The notes below the pieces were generated by a model that was given only the letters and a program-made list of their open reading frames with translations, had not been told where the DNA came from and searched no databases. 64,000 nt of DNA from Heterodontus francisci. Its lineage: Eukaryota. Of the stretch, positions 50,473 to 63,806 are shown one piece after another; within the stretch, counting starts at the first letter, position 1; the number at the start of each line of letters is the position of its first letter. The stretch is from contig NC_090414.1 in NCBI RefSeq assembly GCF_036365525.1, positions 19,615,846-19,679,845 of the forward strand, written 5' to 3'. A program made the position numbers and the translations under genes.

Positions 50473-51300
50473 GTGAGCCTTGTCTGATGGGGATACATGA
50501 GGGCGATGGTGGCTGATGGCCAGTGGAGCAGCATAGAAGGAATGCCTTTGAGAAAGTTACCTTCGAAGGAGATGTGCTGCTGTAACTGTGATATCCTACT
50601 TGTTACCAGCAATAAAAATTTCCTGGTTCTGGCTCCGAGCCACATAAGGAGATATTAGGTCGGATGGCAAAAAGCTTGGTCAAAGAAGTAGATTTTAGGA
50701 GCATCTTAAAGGAGGAAAGTGAGATGGTGAGGTGTAAGGAGGGTAGTCCAGAGCTCGGGGCCTAGGCAACTGAAGGCACGGCTGCCAATGGTGGAGCGAT
50801 TAAAATCGGGGATGTACAGGAGGCTAGAATTAGAGGAGCACAGAGATGTTGGAGGTTTTGGGGGGCTGGAGGAGATTACGGAGAGAGGGAGGGGACGAGG
50901 CCATGGAGGGATTTGATAGCCAGGATGGGAATTTTAAAATCGAGACGTTGCGTGACCGGGAGCCAATGTAGGTCAGCGAGCAACACTGGGTGATATGGGG
51001 GCGGGGATGCGGACTGGAAGATTTAATTCTGGTCTGGCCCACTTGTCTGTCTCTGTAAACTCCTCCTTCTCTGTGGGAAATCTCCCTTGCTGCTGGGATA
51101 TAGGTGACTCTGACAATTCCCCTTCCCTACTTGTCCTGAGAAGATGGTGATCACATAACAGTGTTGGGTAAGAAATTCCAGGATATTGACAGCGACGATG
51201 AAGGAATGGCGCTTTGTGTCCAAGCGTGAGTCTGGTAGTGATGGTGATCCCGTGACCTCTGGTCTGGCGCTGTAACCCTCCGTCATGTGTTTCCTTGCAG

Positions 51301-51427
51301 TACGCCATCCTCCTCACCATGGTGCTGACCATATTCATCAAATACATTCTACACACAATCGATCTTCAGAGTGAGAATCCCTGGGACAACAAGGCCGTGT
51401 ATATGCTCTACACCGAGCTCCTGACAG
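51301..51427 (+). CDS. SYVN1: HRD1 coding exon 6 (YAILLTMVL...ENPWDNKAVYMLYTELLT)
   Basis: ttgcag|TAC to ACAG|gtacag, 127 nt. Confidence 0.97.
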
Positions 51428-51763
51428 GTACAGGCAAGGTGGGAAGGGGCGGGTGGTTCTGGCGTGAAAAAGGTGGGGGAAGCAGGCAACTGGACAGGCA
51501 AGGTGGTAGGGGGGTCTCCTAAATCATAGGGCGGAGCAGGGGCAATGTATGAAAAGTCTCGCTCATGTCTTGAACTATTGTGGATAAATTCCAGAAACTT
51601 TTTAGGGGCAATTGTACACTGAGCTGTCAATGCTTTATTGAAAGATTAGGTGAAAACTTTCACACTGATGGTCCTGTGCTTAAACCCAGAATGTCTAATG
51701 ATGTAGTCTATAGTGGTTCCTGGATGCGCTTCATGTCAAAGCTGATCTTTCCATCTGTTTCAG

Positions 51764-51863
51764 GCTTCATTAAGGTGCTACTCTACATGGCCTTCATGAC
51801 CATAATGATTAAGGTTCACACGTTCCCTCTGTTTGCCATCCGCCCCATGTACCTGACCATGAG
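51764..51863 (+). CDS. SYVN1: HRD1 coding exon 7 (GFIKVLLYMAF...AIRPMYLTM)
   Basis: tttcag|GC to AG|gtaagt, 100 nt. Confidence 0.97.
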
Positions 51864-52559
51864 GTAAGTGTTCACGCATGGGGAAAGCACAATATTTAGT
51901 TCAGTCTTCCTCGACAGGATGCTTGGCGGCACCTGCAGGTTGTAGGGCGAAGGGCCGAAGCTGAGGGAGGCGAGGAGCTCCGTTTTGTTCAGGAGCTGGG
52001 AAAGATTGGGTTTGAGCAGCACCGTGCAATTGAGCCCTGATTTTTAACACCGTGTAGTGTTCCTCTCCGGCATCCCAATGTGACTCATGCACAGCATGCT
52101 ACTTCGCAGCGCACTCCCGTTTTCAGGTGGGCAAAGACCGCAGCCGTTTTTAGGCACAGCAAGATCCCACAGAACTAGCAACCGAGAACAACCAGCTCAT
52201 TTTCCTCGTTGGCTGAGAGGGGAATGTTGGACTGGGGCGGCTAGGAAAGGCCCCAGTCTCCTTTTCAAATGGTGTCGCGGGATCTACCTGTATCCTATAG
52301 AGCAGGCAGATGTCTCATCTGCAGAAAAGCGCGTCCTGACAATGCAACATTGTCAGTACGGCACTGCTCAAATCTTGGAGATTGAAGCTTGAGTGAGGAA
52401 GCCGGGAGGCAGAATGGGACGTTTGGAGATAGGTTCGGAATAGCTAAAACTGAAAGCAACAAGTAAGTGAGGTTTGCACAGAGTAATAGAGAAAAGGAGG
52501 GATTGGGGGAGAGGACTACTTTAACAGAGGTATCCTGACCAGGACTGCACAAGAGGTAC

Positions 52560-53947
52560 TGGAAGATTCTCTAGACTCTGGAACAGTTCCTACAGATTGG
52601 AGGGTAGCTAATGTAACCCCACAGTTTAAAAAAGGAGGTAGAGAGAAACCAGGGAATTATAAACCAGTCAGCCTGACGTCAGTAGTGGGGAAAATTCTAG
52701 AGGCCATTCTCAAAGATTTTGTAGCAGAGCACTTGGAGAACAGTGGTAGAATTGGGCAGAGTCAGCATGGATTTACGAAAGGGAAATCATACTTGACAAA
52801 TCTACTGGAATTTTTCGAGGATGTAACTAGTTGAGTTGATGAGGGGGAGCCAGTGGATATGGTTTATTTGGACTTTCAGAAGGCTTTCGACAAAGTCCCA
52901 CTTAAGAGGTTAGCGTGTAAAATTAAATCGCATGGGATTGGGGGTAGTGTATTGCGATGGCTAGAAAATTGGTTGGCGGACAGGAAACTAAGAGTAGGGA
53001 TAAATGGGTCTTTTTCCGAATGGCAGGCAGTGACTAGTGGGGTACCGCAGGGATTGGTGCTAGGACCCCAGCTATTCACAATATACATTAATGATTTAGA
53101 TGAGGGAACTAAATGTAACATCTCCAAATTTGCAGATGACACAAAACTGGGTGGGAGGGTGAGTTGTGAGGAGGATGCAGAGAGGCTTCAGGGTGATTTG
53201 GACAAGTTGAGTGAGTGGGCTAATGCATGGCAGATGCAGTCTAATGTGGATAAATGTGAGGTTATCCACTTTGGCAGCAAAAACAGGAAGGCAGATTATT
53301 ATCTGAATGGCTATAAACTGAGAGAGGGGAATATGCAGCAAGACCTGGGTGTTCTCGTACACCAGTCACTGAAGGTAAGCATGCAGGTCCAACAGGTGGT
53401 AAAAAAGGCAAATGGTATGTTGGCCTTCACAGCGAGAGGATTGGAGTACAGGAGCAGGGATGTCTTGCTGCAATTATACAGGGCCTTGGTGAGGCCACAC
53501 CTGGAATATTGTGTGCAGTTTTGCTCTCCTTATCTGAGGAAGGATGTTCTTGCTATAGAGGGAGTGCAGCGAAGGTTTACCAGACTGATTCCTGGGATGG
53601 CAGGACTGACGTATGAAGAGAGATTGAGTCGGTTAGGATTATATTCGCTGGAGTTCAGAAGAGTGAGGGTGGGGATCTCATAGAAACCTATAAAATTCTA
53701 ACAGGACTTAACAGGGTAGATGCAGGAAGGATGTTCCCGATGGTGGGGGAGTCCAGAACCAGGGGTCATAGTCTAAGGATACGGGGTAAACCTTTCAGGA
53801 CTGAGATGAGAGAAATTACTTCACCCAGAGAGTGGTGAGCCTGTGGAATTTGCTACCACAGAAAGCAGTTGAGGCCAAAACATTGTATGTTTTCAAGAAG
53901 GAGTGAGATATAGCTCTTGGGGTAAAAGGGATCAAAGGGTATGGGGC
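52560..53947 (+). mobile_element. CR1 RT fragment
   Basis: ORF 52853-53683: YLDFQKAFDKVP, GVPQG, KFADDTK, RPHLEYC. Confidence 0.95.
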
Positions 53948-54273
53948 TTTCTTTGTTTCTAAAAGCCTTCCCAAATATGGAACAGGAAAAGGCAAGCCTT
54001 TGCTGTGAGAACGAAGTCTGCCCACCAAATTAGACTCGACCTGGAAACTTTAAATACCCATTTGCCTGCCTTTCCAAGTAGTGTCATTACCCCACCACCT
54101 CACCACCCCCTCCCTCCCCCAACCCCCACCACCCAGTAATATCCAGCTGCCTTTGCGCCGTGGGATCAGTTGCTGTGCGTCGCGAATGGTGATGGTGCAG
54201 TGAGGCTGGTGTCAGAGCAGAAGCTTGCGGTGGTTGTACAGACTTAACCCTCTCCTAATGTATCTGTTTTCAG

Positions 54274-54339
54274 GCAATTCAAGAAGGCGGTGACTGACGC
54301 CATCATGTCAAGGCGAGCTATTCGCAACATGAACACGCT
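54274..54339 (+). CDS. SYVN1: HRD1 coding exon 8 (RQFKKAVTDAIMSRRAIRNMNT)
   Basis: tttcag|G to CT|gtgagt, 66 nt. Confidence 0.97.
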
Positions 54340-54454
54340 GTGAGTACTGAGCTTAGTGACCTTACCTTCGCCCTCTGCCCTTTTTACTGTGTTCCTGTTT
54401 AGCAGTCGGACGGAACTTTGTGCTTGACCTCAGCTGTGCCCTCATCCACTTGTG

Positions 54455-56470
54455 TTTTTTTAAAATTCGTTCATGGCATGTGGGCGTTTCTGGCTAGGCC
54501 AACATTCATTGCCCATCCCTAATTACCCTTGAGAAGGTGGTCATGAGCTGCCTTCTTGAACCATTTACAGCTCTTGCCTAAAACCTTAAATCTGCCTCTT
54601 GAGTCCTAGTACCATCGGCTAATGGGAACTGTAGGTAAACCCACAGTGCTGTTAGGAAGGGAGTTCCAGGATTTTGACCCAGCAACAGCGATATAGTTCC
54701 AAGTCAGGATGGTGTGTGGCTTGGAGGGGAACTTGCAGGTGGTGGTGTTCCCATGTGTCTTCTGCTCTTGTCCTTCTAGTTGGTAGAGGTCATGGGTTTG
54801 GAAGGTGCTGTCGAAGGAGCCTTGGTGAGTTGCTGAGTGCAGTGTAGATGGTACACACTGCTGCCACTGTGCGTCGGTGGTGGAGGGAGTGGATGTTTGT
54901 GGATGGGGCGCCAATCAAGTGGGCTGCTTTGTCCTGGATGGTGTTGAGCATCTTGAGTGTTGTTGCAGCTGCACCCATCCAGGCAAGTGGAGAGTATTCC
55001 ATCACACTCCTGACTTGTACCTTCTAGATAGTGGACAGGCTTTGGGGAGTCAGGAGCTCGTAGAGTTATTACGGAACAGAAAGAGGCCATCCAGCCCATC
55101 AAGTTCATGCCAGCTCTCTCCAGAGCAATCCAGTCAGCCTCATTTTCCTGTTCTATCTCTGTAGTCCTGCAATTTTATTTCCCTCACATGCCCCTCCAAC
55201 ACCCTCAAAGGCAGCGCATTCCAGATCATTACCACTCGCTGCATTTTTTTTTAAGTTCCTCATCACATATGCGGGCCCCCCCCCCCTTAATCTCTTGCCT
55301 AAAACCTTAAATCTGCCTCCCAAGTCTTTGTACCATCAACTAATGGGAACAGCTTTTCTTTGTCTACCTTATCTAAACTGTCATAATCTTGTACACCTCT
55401 ATCAAATCTCCCTTTAATCTGCTTTGCTCCAAGGAGAACAACCCCAGCTTCTCCAACCTAACCTTGTAGTTCAAATCCATGGGATCATTCTGGTAAATCT
55501 CCTCTGCACCCTCTCAAGGACCCTCACATCCTTCCTAAAGTGCAGTGACCAGAACTGGATGCAATACTCTAGTTGTGGCTCAACTGTCTTATTAAGGTTC
55601 AGCATAACCTCCCTGTTTCGTACTCAACACCCCTATTTGTGAAGTCCAAACCCCATATGCTTTGCTGACCGCTCTCACTATGTCCTGCCACCTTCAAAGG
55701 TGCACGTGAACCCCCAGGTCCCTCTGTCCCTGCGCACTCTTCAGAATTGTGCCATTAAATATATATTGCCCCTCTCTCCCATTGCCAAAATGTATTGCCT
55801 CACTCATCTCTGTATTGAATTCCATCTGCCACTTGTCATCCCATTCAATGTCCTGTTCTAGTCAATTGGTATCATCCTCACTTGGCCAGAGCTACAATTT
55901 TGTATCATTGGCATATTTTGAAACTTTACTCTCTATGCCAATATCCAATTTATTTATATATCTCAAAAAAGCGAAGGCACTGACTACTGTCCTCCAGTCT
56001 GAGTTGTGCTGCAGAGTACCCAGCCTCTGAACTGCTCTTGTTGCCACAGTGTTTACATAGCTGGTCGATAGCAACCACCAGGATGTTGATAGGGGACTCA
56101 GCAATGTTGATGCTGGTGAATGTGAAGGGGAGATGGTTCGATCCTCTCTTGTCTGAGATGACCATTGCTCGGCACTTGTTTGGCATGAATGTTGCTTGTC
56201 ACTTATCAGCCCGAGCCTGAATATTGTCCAGATCTTTCTGCATGTGGGCACGGGCTGCTTCAGTATCTGGAGTCGCGAATGGTACTCAAGACCGCGCAGT
56301 CGTCAGTGAACATCCCCACTTCTGACTTTATGATGAAGGGAAGATCATTGATGAAGCAGCTGAAGATGGTTAGGCCCAGGACACGACCCTGAGGAACTCC
56401 TGCAGTGATGTCCTGGGGCTGAGATGATTGACCTCCAACAACCACAGACATCTTCTTTTGTGCTACTGCT
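54455..56470 (-). mobile_element. Second non-LTR family (CR1/L2-related RT) interrupted by a CR1 fragment (about 55060-55980)
   Basis: Peptides AGVPQGRVLG, MFTDD, MEYSPLAW...SLHHRRTVAAVC; diverged relative at about 26900-27660 (+). Confidence 0.75.
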
Positions 56471-56950
56471 GGGTGTTCGGCATGCTGTTTAGTGACTTTG
56501 ATGTCAGTCACTCTCGACAACGAGAGCCCTGCGCCTGGTGTCCTTTAATAAAAGCCAAATGTCTTCATTTTAATTTTTCCTTTTTGTAGCCTGTCCCACA
56601 CTGAACATCTTTCCATCGTTTACAAGATGCAGAGGCGGCTACCTGGAGGAAATTGGGAAAACTTGATTTGGGGGGTGGGGGGGAGCGGTTAAAGAGAAGT
56701 GAATTAAAATTTTAAAAATCCTTTTGAGGGAAGAGGTGGTAAGATGGTTGTTAAGGATGATTGTGGGGGTGCTGCAGTGACTGAAATACTGTACCCTGGA
56801 GATTGGGCAGATATCTCGTGTCACTGCCCATTGGAATGCTACTCCCCTCTGCTGAGTCTGTAGCAATGTTCCACCACTGGCGCTGTGGGTCCGGTGGGAA
56901 ATATCCATACAGGCGGGAGAATAACGTGACCTCACTTCTCTCTCTCGCAG

Positions 56951-57067
56951 GTACCCGGACGCCAGCCCAGAAGAGCTGCAGCAGACTGACAATGTCTGCA
57001 TCATCTGCCGCGAGGAGATGGTGACTGGAGCCAAACGCCTGCCATGTAACCACATCTTCCACACCAG
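56951..57067 (+). CDS. SYVN1: HRD1 coding exon 9, RING-H2 first part (YPDASPEELQQTDNVCIICREEM...LPCNHIFHT)
   Basis: tcgcag|G to AG|gtgagg, 117 nt. Confidence 0.98.
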
Positions 57068-58631
57068 GTGAGGTGCGGGCTACCAGCCAGGGTGGGAACA
57101 CTCAACCCACAGAACCCCTCGATCCACAACTCAAATTAATCCAGGCGCCACAGAGACTGAAAATTCACACCATCAAACTGAGGATAAACGTAAAAATAAA
57201 ACTTTGTTGATTTAAAATAATCTCCTCCTCCAATCTTCAGAGATTTCCTTTGGATCAGACATTTTAGCCCAGGCCCCGTTGCCTGCACAGATGGATGTTA
57301 AAGATCCCATTACAGGATTGGATGAAGGCCCAGAATTTCCTGGCCAATATTCCTCTCGATCAACGTCGCCAAAGAACCGCTTAAGCAGTCGTTCCCCTCA
57401 TTTGCTTTTTGTGGGATCTTGCTGTGTGCAAAATGGCAGCCTTTTTTTTTTTCCTCGCCTACCTAACCCAGCCTGACAATGAATTTGTTGTGTGTTAAGT
57501 GCCATAGGGACACCCCAAGGGGCTAAATAAACACAGATGGTGAGACTGTTTTCCCTCGCTGGAGGGACTAGGATTAGAGGCCACAGTCCCAGGATCAGTG
57601 GATGGCCATTCAGGACCCAGACAAAGAGAAACTTCTTCACTCAGAGGGTTGTGAATCTTTGGAATTCTGGGTCAGTGTTCCATGAAATTCAGCAAGCAGG
57701 CAGCACTTTATCCAAGTGGCCATTCTTTGTGTGGGCTGAACGATGGGGATTAGCAGGAAATTCGACCATGGGAAGCGTTTGTAGCCATGCTCGATTGTTC
57801 TGTACTCTACATCCACACTTGCGTGCTGGGCACCAACAGATAGTGATCCGCTGCAGGAACTGTGACTGGTTTGCTTTCTGCTTCTTAGCCCGTGGGAAAT
57901 GAAATTACTTGTGACGCCCCAACCTTCCCCCTGGCCGAGGTTAACCGACTCAGCACGAGCCACGAATTGGTGATGCTTCCTTTCTCAGTGAGTGCCACTC
58001 TCACCTTTTTTGAATCCGAACGAGCCCCTAATGCTCCCAGTGCCCGTACTGAGTGAGTGCTGCGCTGTTGGAGGTGCCGACTTTCGGATGAGACTTTAAA
58101 TTGCCGCCCCGTCTGCCTTCTCAGACGGACATTTTTTTTTTTTTAAATCCCACGGCCACTATTTTGTAAAAGAGTTGGGGAGTTCTCCAAGGCGTCCTGG
58201 GCCCAATACTTATCTCTCAACCAACATCAGCCATCACAGCACTGATGTGAGTCATCCCAGCTATTCAACTGTAGGTAGTGTCATGCTAGTTTTTTTTTCT
58301 CCCCCCCACGTCCAACCCACCCCTGGCTCCTGGTCAGATAACTGAGGCCCCAGGAATCTTCTGGTACGTCATGTTCAGTGACGCTTTCACTCGCTCACTA
58401 AACCAGCAGGACGACTGTAATGCTAATGGTCGTTGTGGTTGAGAGTATCATGCTCTGGCTGTCCCGCTGCACTGGGGGTATGTGTTTGTTGCCCGTGCCT
58501 GGCCTCCACTTTGCCCCGTTGCCTGGGCTTGCTCAGATGCGCACCTCGCGCGTTTCGCCGGCGCTGGATTACCTTGTGCTCCCTCGGCCGCCCGGCTAGG
58601 TTGTAACCTCCTTTTTCTGTTTGTCCCGCAG

Positions 58632-58777
58632 CTGTCTCCGTTCCTGGTTCCAGCGGCAGCAGACCTGCCCCACGTGTCGCATGGATGTGCTGCGGGTCAC
58701 GCTTCCCACACAGACGCCGCCGCAGCAGCCTCAGCCGCAGATGCCGCAGACTCCCCTGGTACCCCAGCAACCCAACC
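58632..58777 (+). CDS. SYVN1: HRD1 coding exon 10, RING-H2 end (SCLRSWFQRQQTCPTCR...QQPN)
   Basis: ccgcag|C to C|gtgagt, 146 nt. Confidence 0.97.
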
Positions 58778-59631
58778 GTGAGTCGCAACCTAAAGCCTTC
58801 CGCTCCTACCCCCCACCACCCACCACTTCCTATCTGTGATCAGTGAGCGTCTGTGTATCGCACCTCAGGAAAGATATATTGACTTCGGAGGGGGCGGGGT
58901 TGCAGTGAAGATTCACCACAATGATACTGGGGCTAAAAGGGTTAAATTCCGAGGACAGGATGCACTAACTGGGCCTGTATGCCCTCGAGTGTAGAAGATT
59001 AAGGGATGATCTAATCGAGGGGTTTAAGATGATTAAAAGATTCGATCGGATCAATAGAGAGAAACTATTTCCTCTGGTGGAGGGGGGGGGGGGAGTTAAG
59101 TCGCAGATCAGCCATTATCTCATTGAATGGGACAGAACAAGCTTGAGGGGCTGAATGGCCAATCCTTTTCCTGTGAAATACACAACTCTCTCCCATGCCT
59201 ACATTGAACAGTTCGCCCTTCCCGTGTGCACTAACGTCTACGTTCCGGATTAATCGATTATCGTGAAGCTGTTTTGAGTATTTTAACACCAACACGTTAC
59301 TCAAATAAAAGTTGCGCTCAAATGGGTACTTTGCGCAATGCTTGAAGGGGCTTGACATTCCGTACTAGCTTCAATACAGTAAGCATCACAAAGTTTCAGG
59401 GGAAATGGGCAGATCGGGGGGAAGCGATTGACTGCATCGTCTGGAGAGCCTGGTCTGGAGAAGGATCTTGTGGGAAGTGAAAGGCAGGAGCAGAGCTGAG
59501 AGGTTCAAAAGCAGAAGGGCTGGGACCAGTACGACCCACGAGATCAGAGGCAGAAACCCCCAAAGAGCGTGGGCTGCACTGTGGCGCTTGAAGAGGGTGA
59601 AAGGATGAGGCCCTGAAACGTAGAAAGCGGG

Positions 59632-60030
59632 AGCTTGCATTTATATACAACCTCTGTACGTCCCAAAGTACTGTACAACCAATGAAGTTTTTTTTTTGAA
59701 GGGTAGCCACTGTTAGAGGAAACTGCGCAGACAATGTGTGCACAGCAAGCTCCCACAAACAGCAATGAGATAAGTGAACAATTAAACCATACTTTGTGCT
59801 GTTGGTTGAGGGGTAAATATTGGCTAGGACACCAGGGAGAACACTCCTGCTGCCCTTCCACATAGTGCCAGGAGATCTCTCCCCTCCAGCTTTGAGAGCG
59901 TCCGTCCAAAGCAAGGCTCCTCTGAAAGTGCAGTGCACCCTCAGTAGTGTGAACCTGGATTACGTGCTCAAGTTTCTGGAGTGGGGCTTAAACCTGCAAC
60001 CTACTAACTCTGAGGCGAACGTAGAGCTGA
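59632..60030 (-). mobile_element. DeuSINE-like SINE
   Basis: cttgcatttatata...cacagcaagctcccacaaacagcaatg...ggttgagg. Confidence 0.75.
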
Positions 60031-60209
60031 GGGAACATGCAGAGGTAGTGAGGGAGGGATCGAAAGGAGACGACCGAGGTTGCAGAGGTAGGGCGAGAGA
60101 GGGCAGGACCGTTCCCCCTGCCTGGCTTCTTTGTGCTAACTCTGATTGTAACTGGTGTGAGTGAGCACTCTGCCATGTCTCGTCATTGCTGCTGTCCTTC
60201 TGTTTCCAG

Positions 60210-60362
60210 TGCCTCCGGGGATGATGCCGCCATTTCCACCCGGGATGTTCCCTTTCTGGCCACCTATGGGCCAGAATCTCTTCCCACAGGCGCCTGGTGC
60301 AGCTCCTAACACGCCACAGCCGAGCGTTTCAGCTCCCTCAGGCACAGAGGGCCAGACTAACG
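60210..60362 (+). CDS. SYVN1: HRD1 coding exon 11 (LPPGMMPPFPPGMFPFWPPMG...)
   Basis: ttccag|TG to G|gtaagc, 153 nt. Confidence 0.95.
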
Positions 60363-60414
60363 GTAAGCAGTAACCCGGGGCGACGACGCTTGCTGCAAAG
60401 ACAAAAAAAAAAGA

Positions 60415-60830
60415 AATTGTGTTCTAAAGCACCTTTCACCGCAACAGATATTCCAAAGTGCTTTGTAACCAATGAGATACATTTTTGAAGTGTAGTCACT
60501 GTTGTAATGTAGGAAACTTGGCAGCCAATTTGCGCACAGCGAGATCCCACAAATGTGCCAATGATCAGATAATCTGTGTTCGATGTTGGTTGAGGGATAA
60601 ATATTGGGCAGGTCACTGGAGAGGAATCCCCTCCTCGTCTTTGCATCGAGGCCGTGGGATCTTTTACGTCCGCCTGAGAGGGTAGGTGGGGCCTTGGTTT
60701 AACGTCTCGTCCGACAATGCAGCATTGCCTTCGAGTCGGCTTGGATTTGGTGTTCGGGTTCCCCGGGGTGGGGCTTGAACCCATGATGCTGTAACTGCGG
60801 TGGGAGCGCTGCCCGCTTGGGCCACGGCCA
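60415..60830 (-). mobile_element. DeuSINE-like SINE
   Basis: Family match as for the other copies. Confidence 0.8.
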
Positions 60831-61354
60831 ATGCTCGATGGTACGTGTGGTGTATCCGCTGCTGCTCTTGGAGGGATTTCTGTCTCCGTCCTGCTGCAGT
60901 CATCGTGTCAGCAGCTGGTGACCTCACAGAGGGTCAACAGCATCTAACATGATGTCGTGAACAAGCCAGGCCACACAGCCGAGGGACAATGAAGGAGAAG
61001 GGCTCTGGGCCTCAGCTGTCCTGAGCCTCGTTCGATGTGCAGATGGAATCCAAGAAGAGCATCAGACACCGAAACAAGACCATCACGAGGTTAAGGAGCT
61101 ATTCAGAATTGCAACGCAATGGTGAGAGAAGATCAAGCTCCTGACTTTGTTTTATAACACATGCACAGAATGTGAAATGGGAGGGAAGCGTTCAGGAGCT
61201 GACTGAAGACGTTTGGAAGTTAGCCTCGAGGCTAGTTTGCCTGCTTGGAAAAATGCAGCCATCCGTGCACAGCCCAAGTTTACGCAGAGCCCCCCCCACC
61301 CCCCATCCCCCACCCCCGCGCACACAGCTGTTACATTGACTTCATCAAAAGAAA

Positions 61355-61730
61355 GAGAACTTTCTGCAGCACTTTTCACGATACCGGGACTGTTCCACAG
61401 CACTTCAGCGCCCATGACGTCATTTTGAAGCAGGGTCACTGGCTTATATTACAACAATTCGTGCACAGCAAGCTCCCACAAATAGTGGTGCGATGATGAC
61501 CAGATCATCATCTGTTCTTTAGGTATTGGTTGAGGGATAGATAACGCCCTTGCTTTTGAGCAGTGCCATTGGATCTTGTTTAACCTTTCATTGGAAAGAC
61601 GGCACCTCCGACAGAGCGGCACTCCCTCAGTGCTGCACTAGATGTGTCAGCCTGGATTGTGGGCTCCAGCGTGGGGCTTGATCCCACAGTCTTCTGACTC
61701 GTGACAGGAGTGTCACCCACTGAGCCAGGG
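61355..61730 (-). mobile_element. DeuSINE-like SINE
   Basis: Family match as for the other copies. Confidence 0.75.
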
Positions 61731-62050
61731 CTACCACACAGGGTGGCTGCACAGGGTGGGCCCCTGAGCTGCAACATTAGCATCACTCATCAAGGTGAGC
61801 ATTCCCCACCCCATCCTATTTGGGTCTCATCTGGAGTGGAAAGAAGGAACAAAGAACCTTACGACCGTGGGAGGTTAAGACCTTGGGGGTCGGTCGGTGG
61901 GTGGTTGGGTCCCAAAGCGCTTTGCGGCCAATCGGTTACTTTTGGGGTGTAATCAGGGTACAGTAACTTCAAGCCACAAGGCTTCTGATTTCCAATCCTT
62001 GCTGCTGAGCGATGAACCTTTCCACTAATTGACCTGCTTTTAAATTCCAG

Positions 62051-62194
62051 CTGCCAATGGTGAAGGATCGCGGAGTGGCGACACCTTGGCGGGGACCAGT
62101 TTGGAGCCACCTCCTGCTGGATCGATCCCAGGATTTCCCTTCTTTCCTCCCTTCCCATCAGCTCCTTGGGTGGGAATGCCACCTCCTCCGTTTG
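62051..62194 (+). CDS. SYVN1: HRD1 coding exon 12 (AANGEG...PGFPFFPPFPSAPWVGMPPPPF)
   Basis: ttccag|CT to G|gtaagt, 144 nt. Confidence 0.92.
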
Positions 62195-62464
62195 GTAAGT
62201 ATGGATGCAGTTTGAGGGTCTTGGTGTGATCGATTTATTAGCATACGCCTGTCCTCCTCCTCCCGTTTATTGGGACTCTGTCGTGTTTAGCCCGCTGGCT
62301 GTGTGGAGGGGAGCCAGCCCCCCGTGGAACTGTATCCCAGCAAGGACTGGCACATCGGGGAGAGGAGGAAATAAAATTGGAGCGGCTGGGGGAGGTTTGG
62401 GCGTTACAGATATAATTGGAATCCCTCAAGTTGTTGCCCCTTTTTGTTTATTTTTCTGCTCTAG

Positions 62465-62651
62465 GAATGCCCCCAATGCCGATGCCACCTTCGGGCTTTG
62501 CAGGACTGACGGAAGAGGAGCTGCGAGCGATGGAAGGACAGGAGCGGCAGAACCTGGAAGCACGGCTCCAGTGTCTTCAGAACATTCACACCCTGCTGGA
62601 CGCGGCCATGGTCCAGATTCACCAGTACCTCTCGGTCGTCGCTACACTCAG
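62465..62651 (+). CDS. SYVN1: HRD1 coding exon 13 (GMPPMP...GLTEEELRAMEGQERQNLEARLQCL...)
   Basis: ctctag|GA to AG|gtaggc, 187 nt. Confidence 0.97.
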
Positions 62652-63173
62652 GTAGGCTGAGCTGTTGCGAGGCTCAATCACCCAGCAAACCAGGCCAGGT
62701 TTTACTGTCCTTGTGCAAAGTTACCACTGAAAGGGTCGTCGCTCACCCGCCCCTCCACTGGGTCAGTTAATATATGCTGGCAAGTGTAAAATTCAAACCA
62801 GAAGCATCTGGTTTTTCTCCCTAGCCTCTGCGGACTACACAGAATCATAAACTTTTACAGCATAGAAGGAGGCCATTCTGCCCATCAGTACTCTACCCTG
62901 TTTCTGAAAGAGCCTTGCCTTTGCCCCATTCAGCTCTGAAAGAGCTGTTTTCTTAATCCCTCATCCCACTGGATAGGAATTTCCAAGATTGGGCTGACAT
63001 ATGATGCCCTCCACAGTCTTTCAGCCTCACCGTCGCTCAATGTCCGGGCTCACACTTTGGTCCAGGGTCTGAGGACAACCAGCATCCGGGTTTGGAGGAC
63101 GCCGGGGACCCTCGTGAAGGAAATTTTAAAGAATAGGTTTTTGAAGGGGACTGACTTTGCTCCTTTTCTCTAG

Positions 63174-63322
63174 TCCCCCCAGGCCAACGACAACCGCGAG
63201 TTCGGCACCGAGCACAGAGTCTGCGGATCTGGCATCTGGGTCACAGATGGATTCAACGGGAGACTCTCCTCCTGCAGCCGACAGCACCTCTACACAGCCT
63301 CTCTCGCAACCCGAGGAAATAG
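63174..63322 (+). CDS. SYVN1: HRD1 coding exon 14 (SPPRPTTTAS...PEEI)
   Basis: ctctag|T to G|gtacca, 149 nt. Confidence 0.88.
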
Positions 63323-63806
63323 GTACCAGTTTCCACATAATGTTGGTGGGGAAGTTGGAGACCGGGTGTGGGGGCTCCAGTTTAGCATTCTTCGAGGAGG
63401 TGACTGATTATGTTGGGTTGGGGGGGAAACACAGTGGATGTGATGTATGTGGACTTTCAGAACACCTCTGACCAGTTTTCCACACAGGAAACGATTAGAA
63501 GCATTAAGGCCTGGGGAAATGGGATCAAGGTAACTAACAGTTTAAAAGGATGGAGAGAATTCCCTGTAATTTGTGAATGCTGGTGTGTCCAGGACAGCTG
63601 TTCCCTCGTTTCAAAGGACCGAGTTACAAGGACATTGTAACTCCACTGAACGCGGAAGCCCCTCATCCTGGTCTATAAGGTGCCTCGGTGGGGTGGGGGG
63701 GAAGGTTTGAGGGAAGCGAGAAATTCTCCTTAGTCCTGTACTTTTATACCTTTCGCGGTGGTAGCTTGGGTGAAGGGCTGAAACTGGTCTTCTTTGACGT
63801 TTGCAG

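Noticed and set aside
56639-58788. Antisense ORFs overlapping SYVN1 exons
   Set aside because: Shadows of GC-rich coding exons with no independent support
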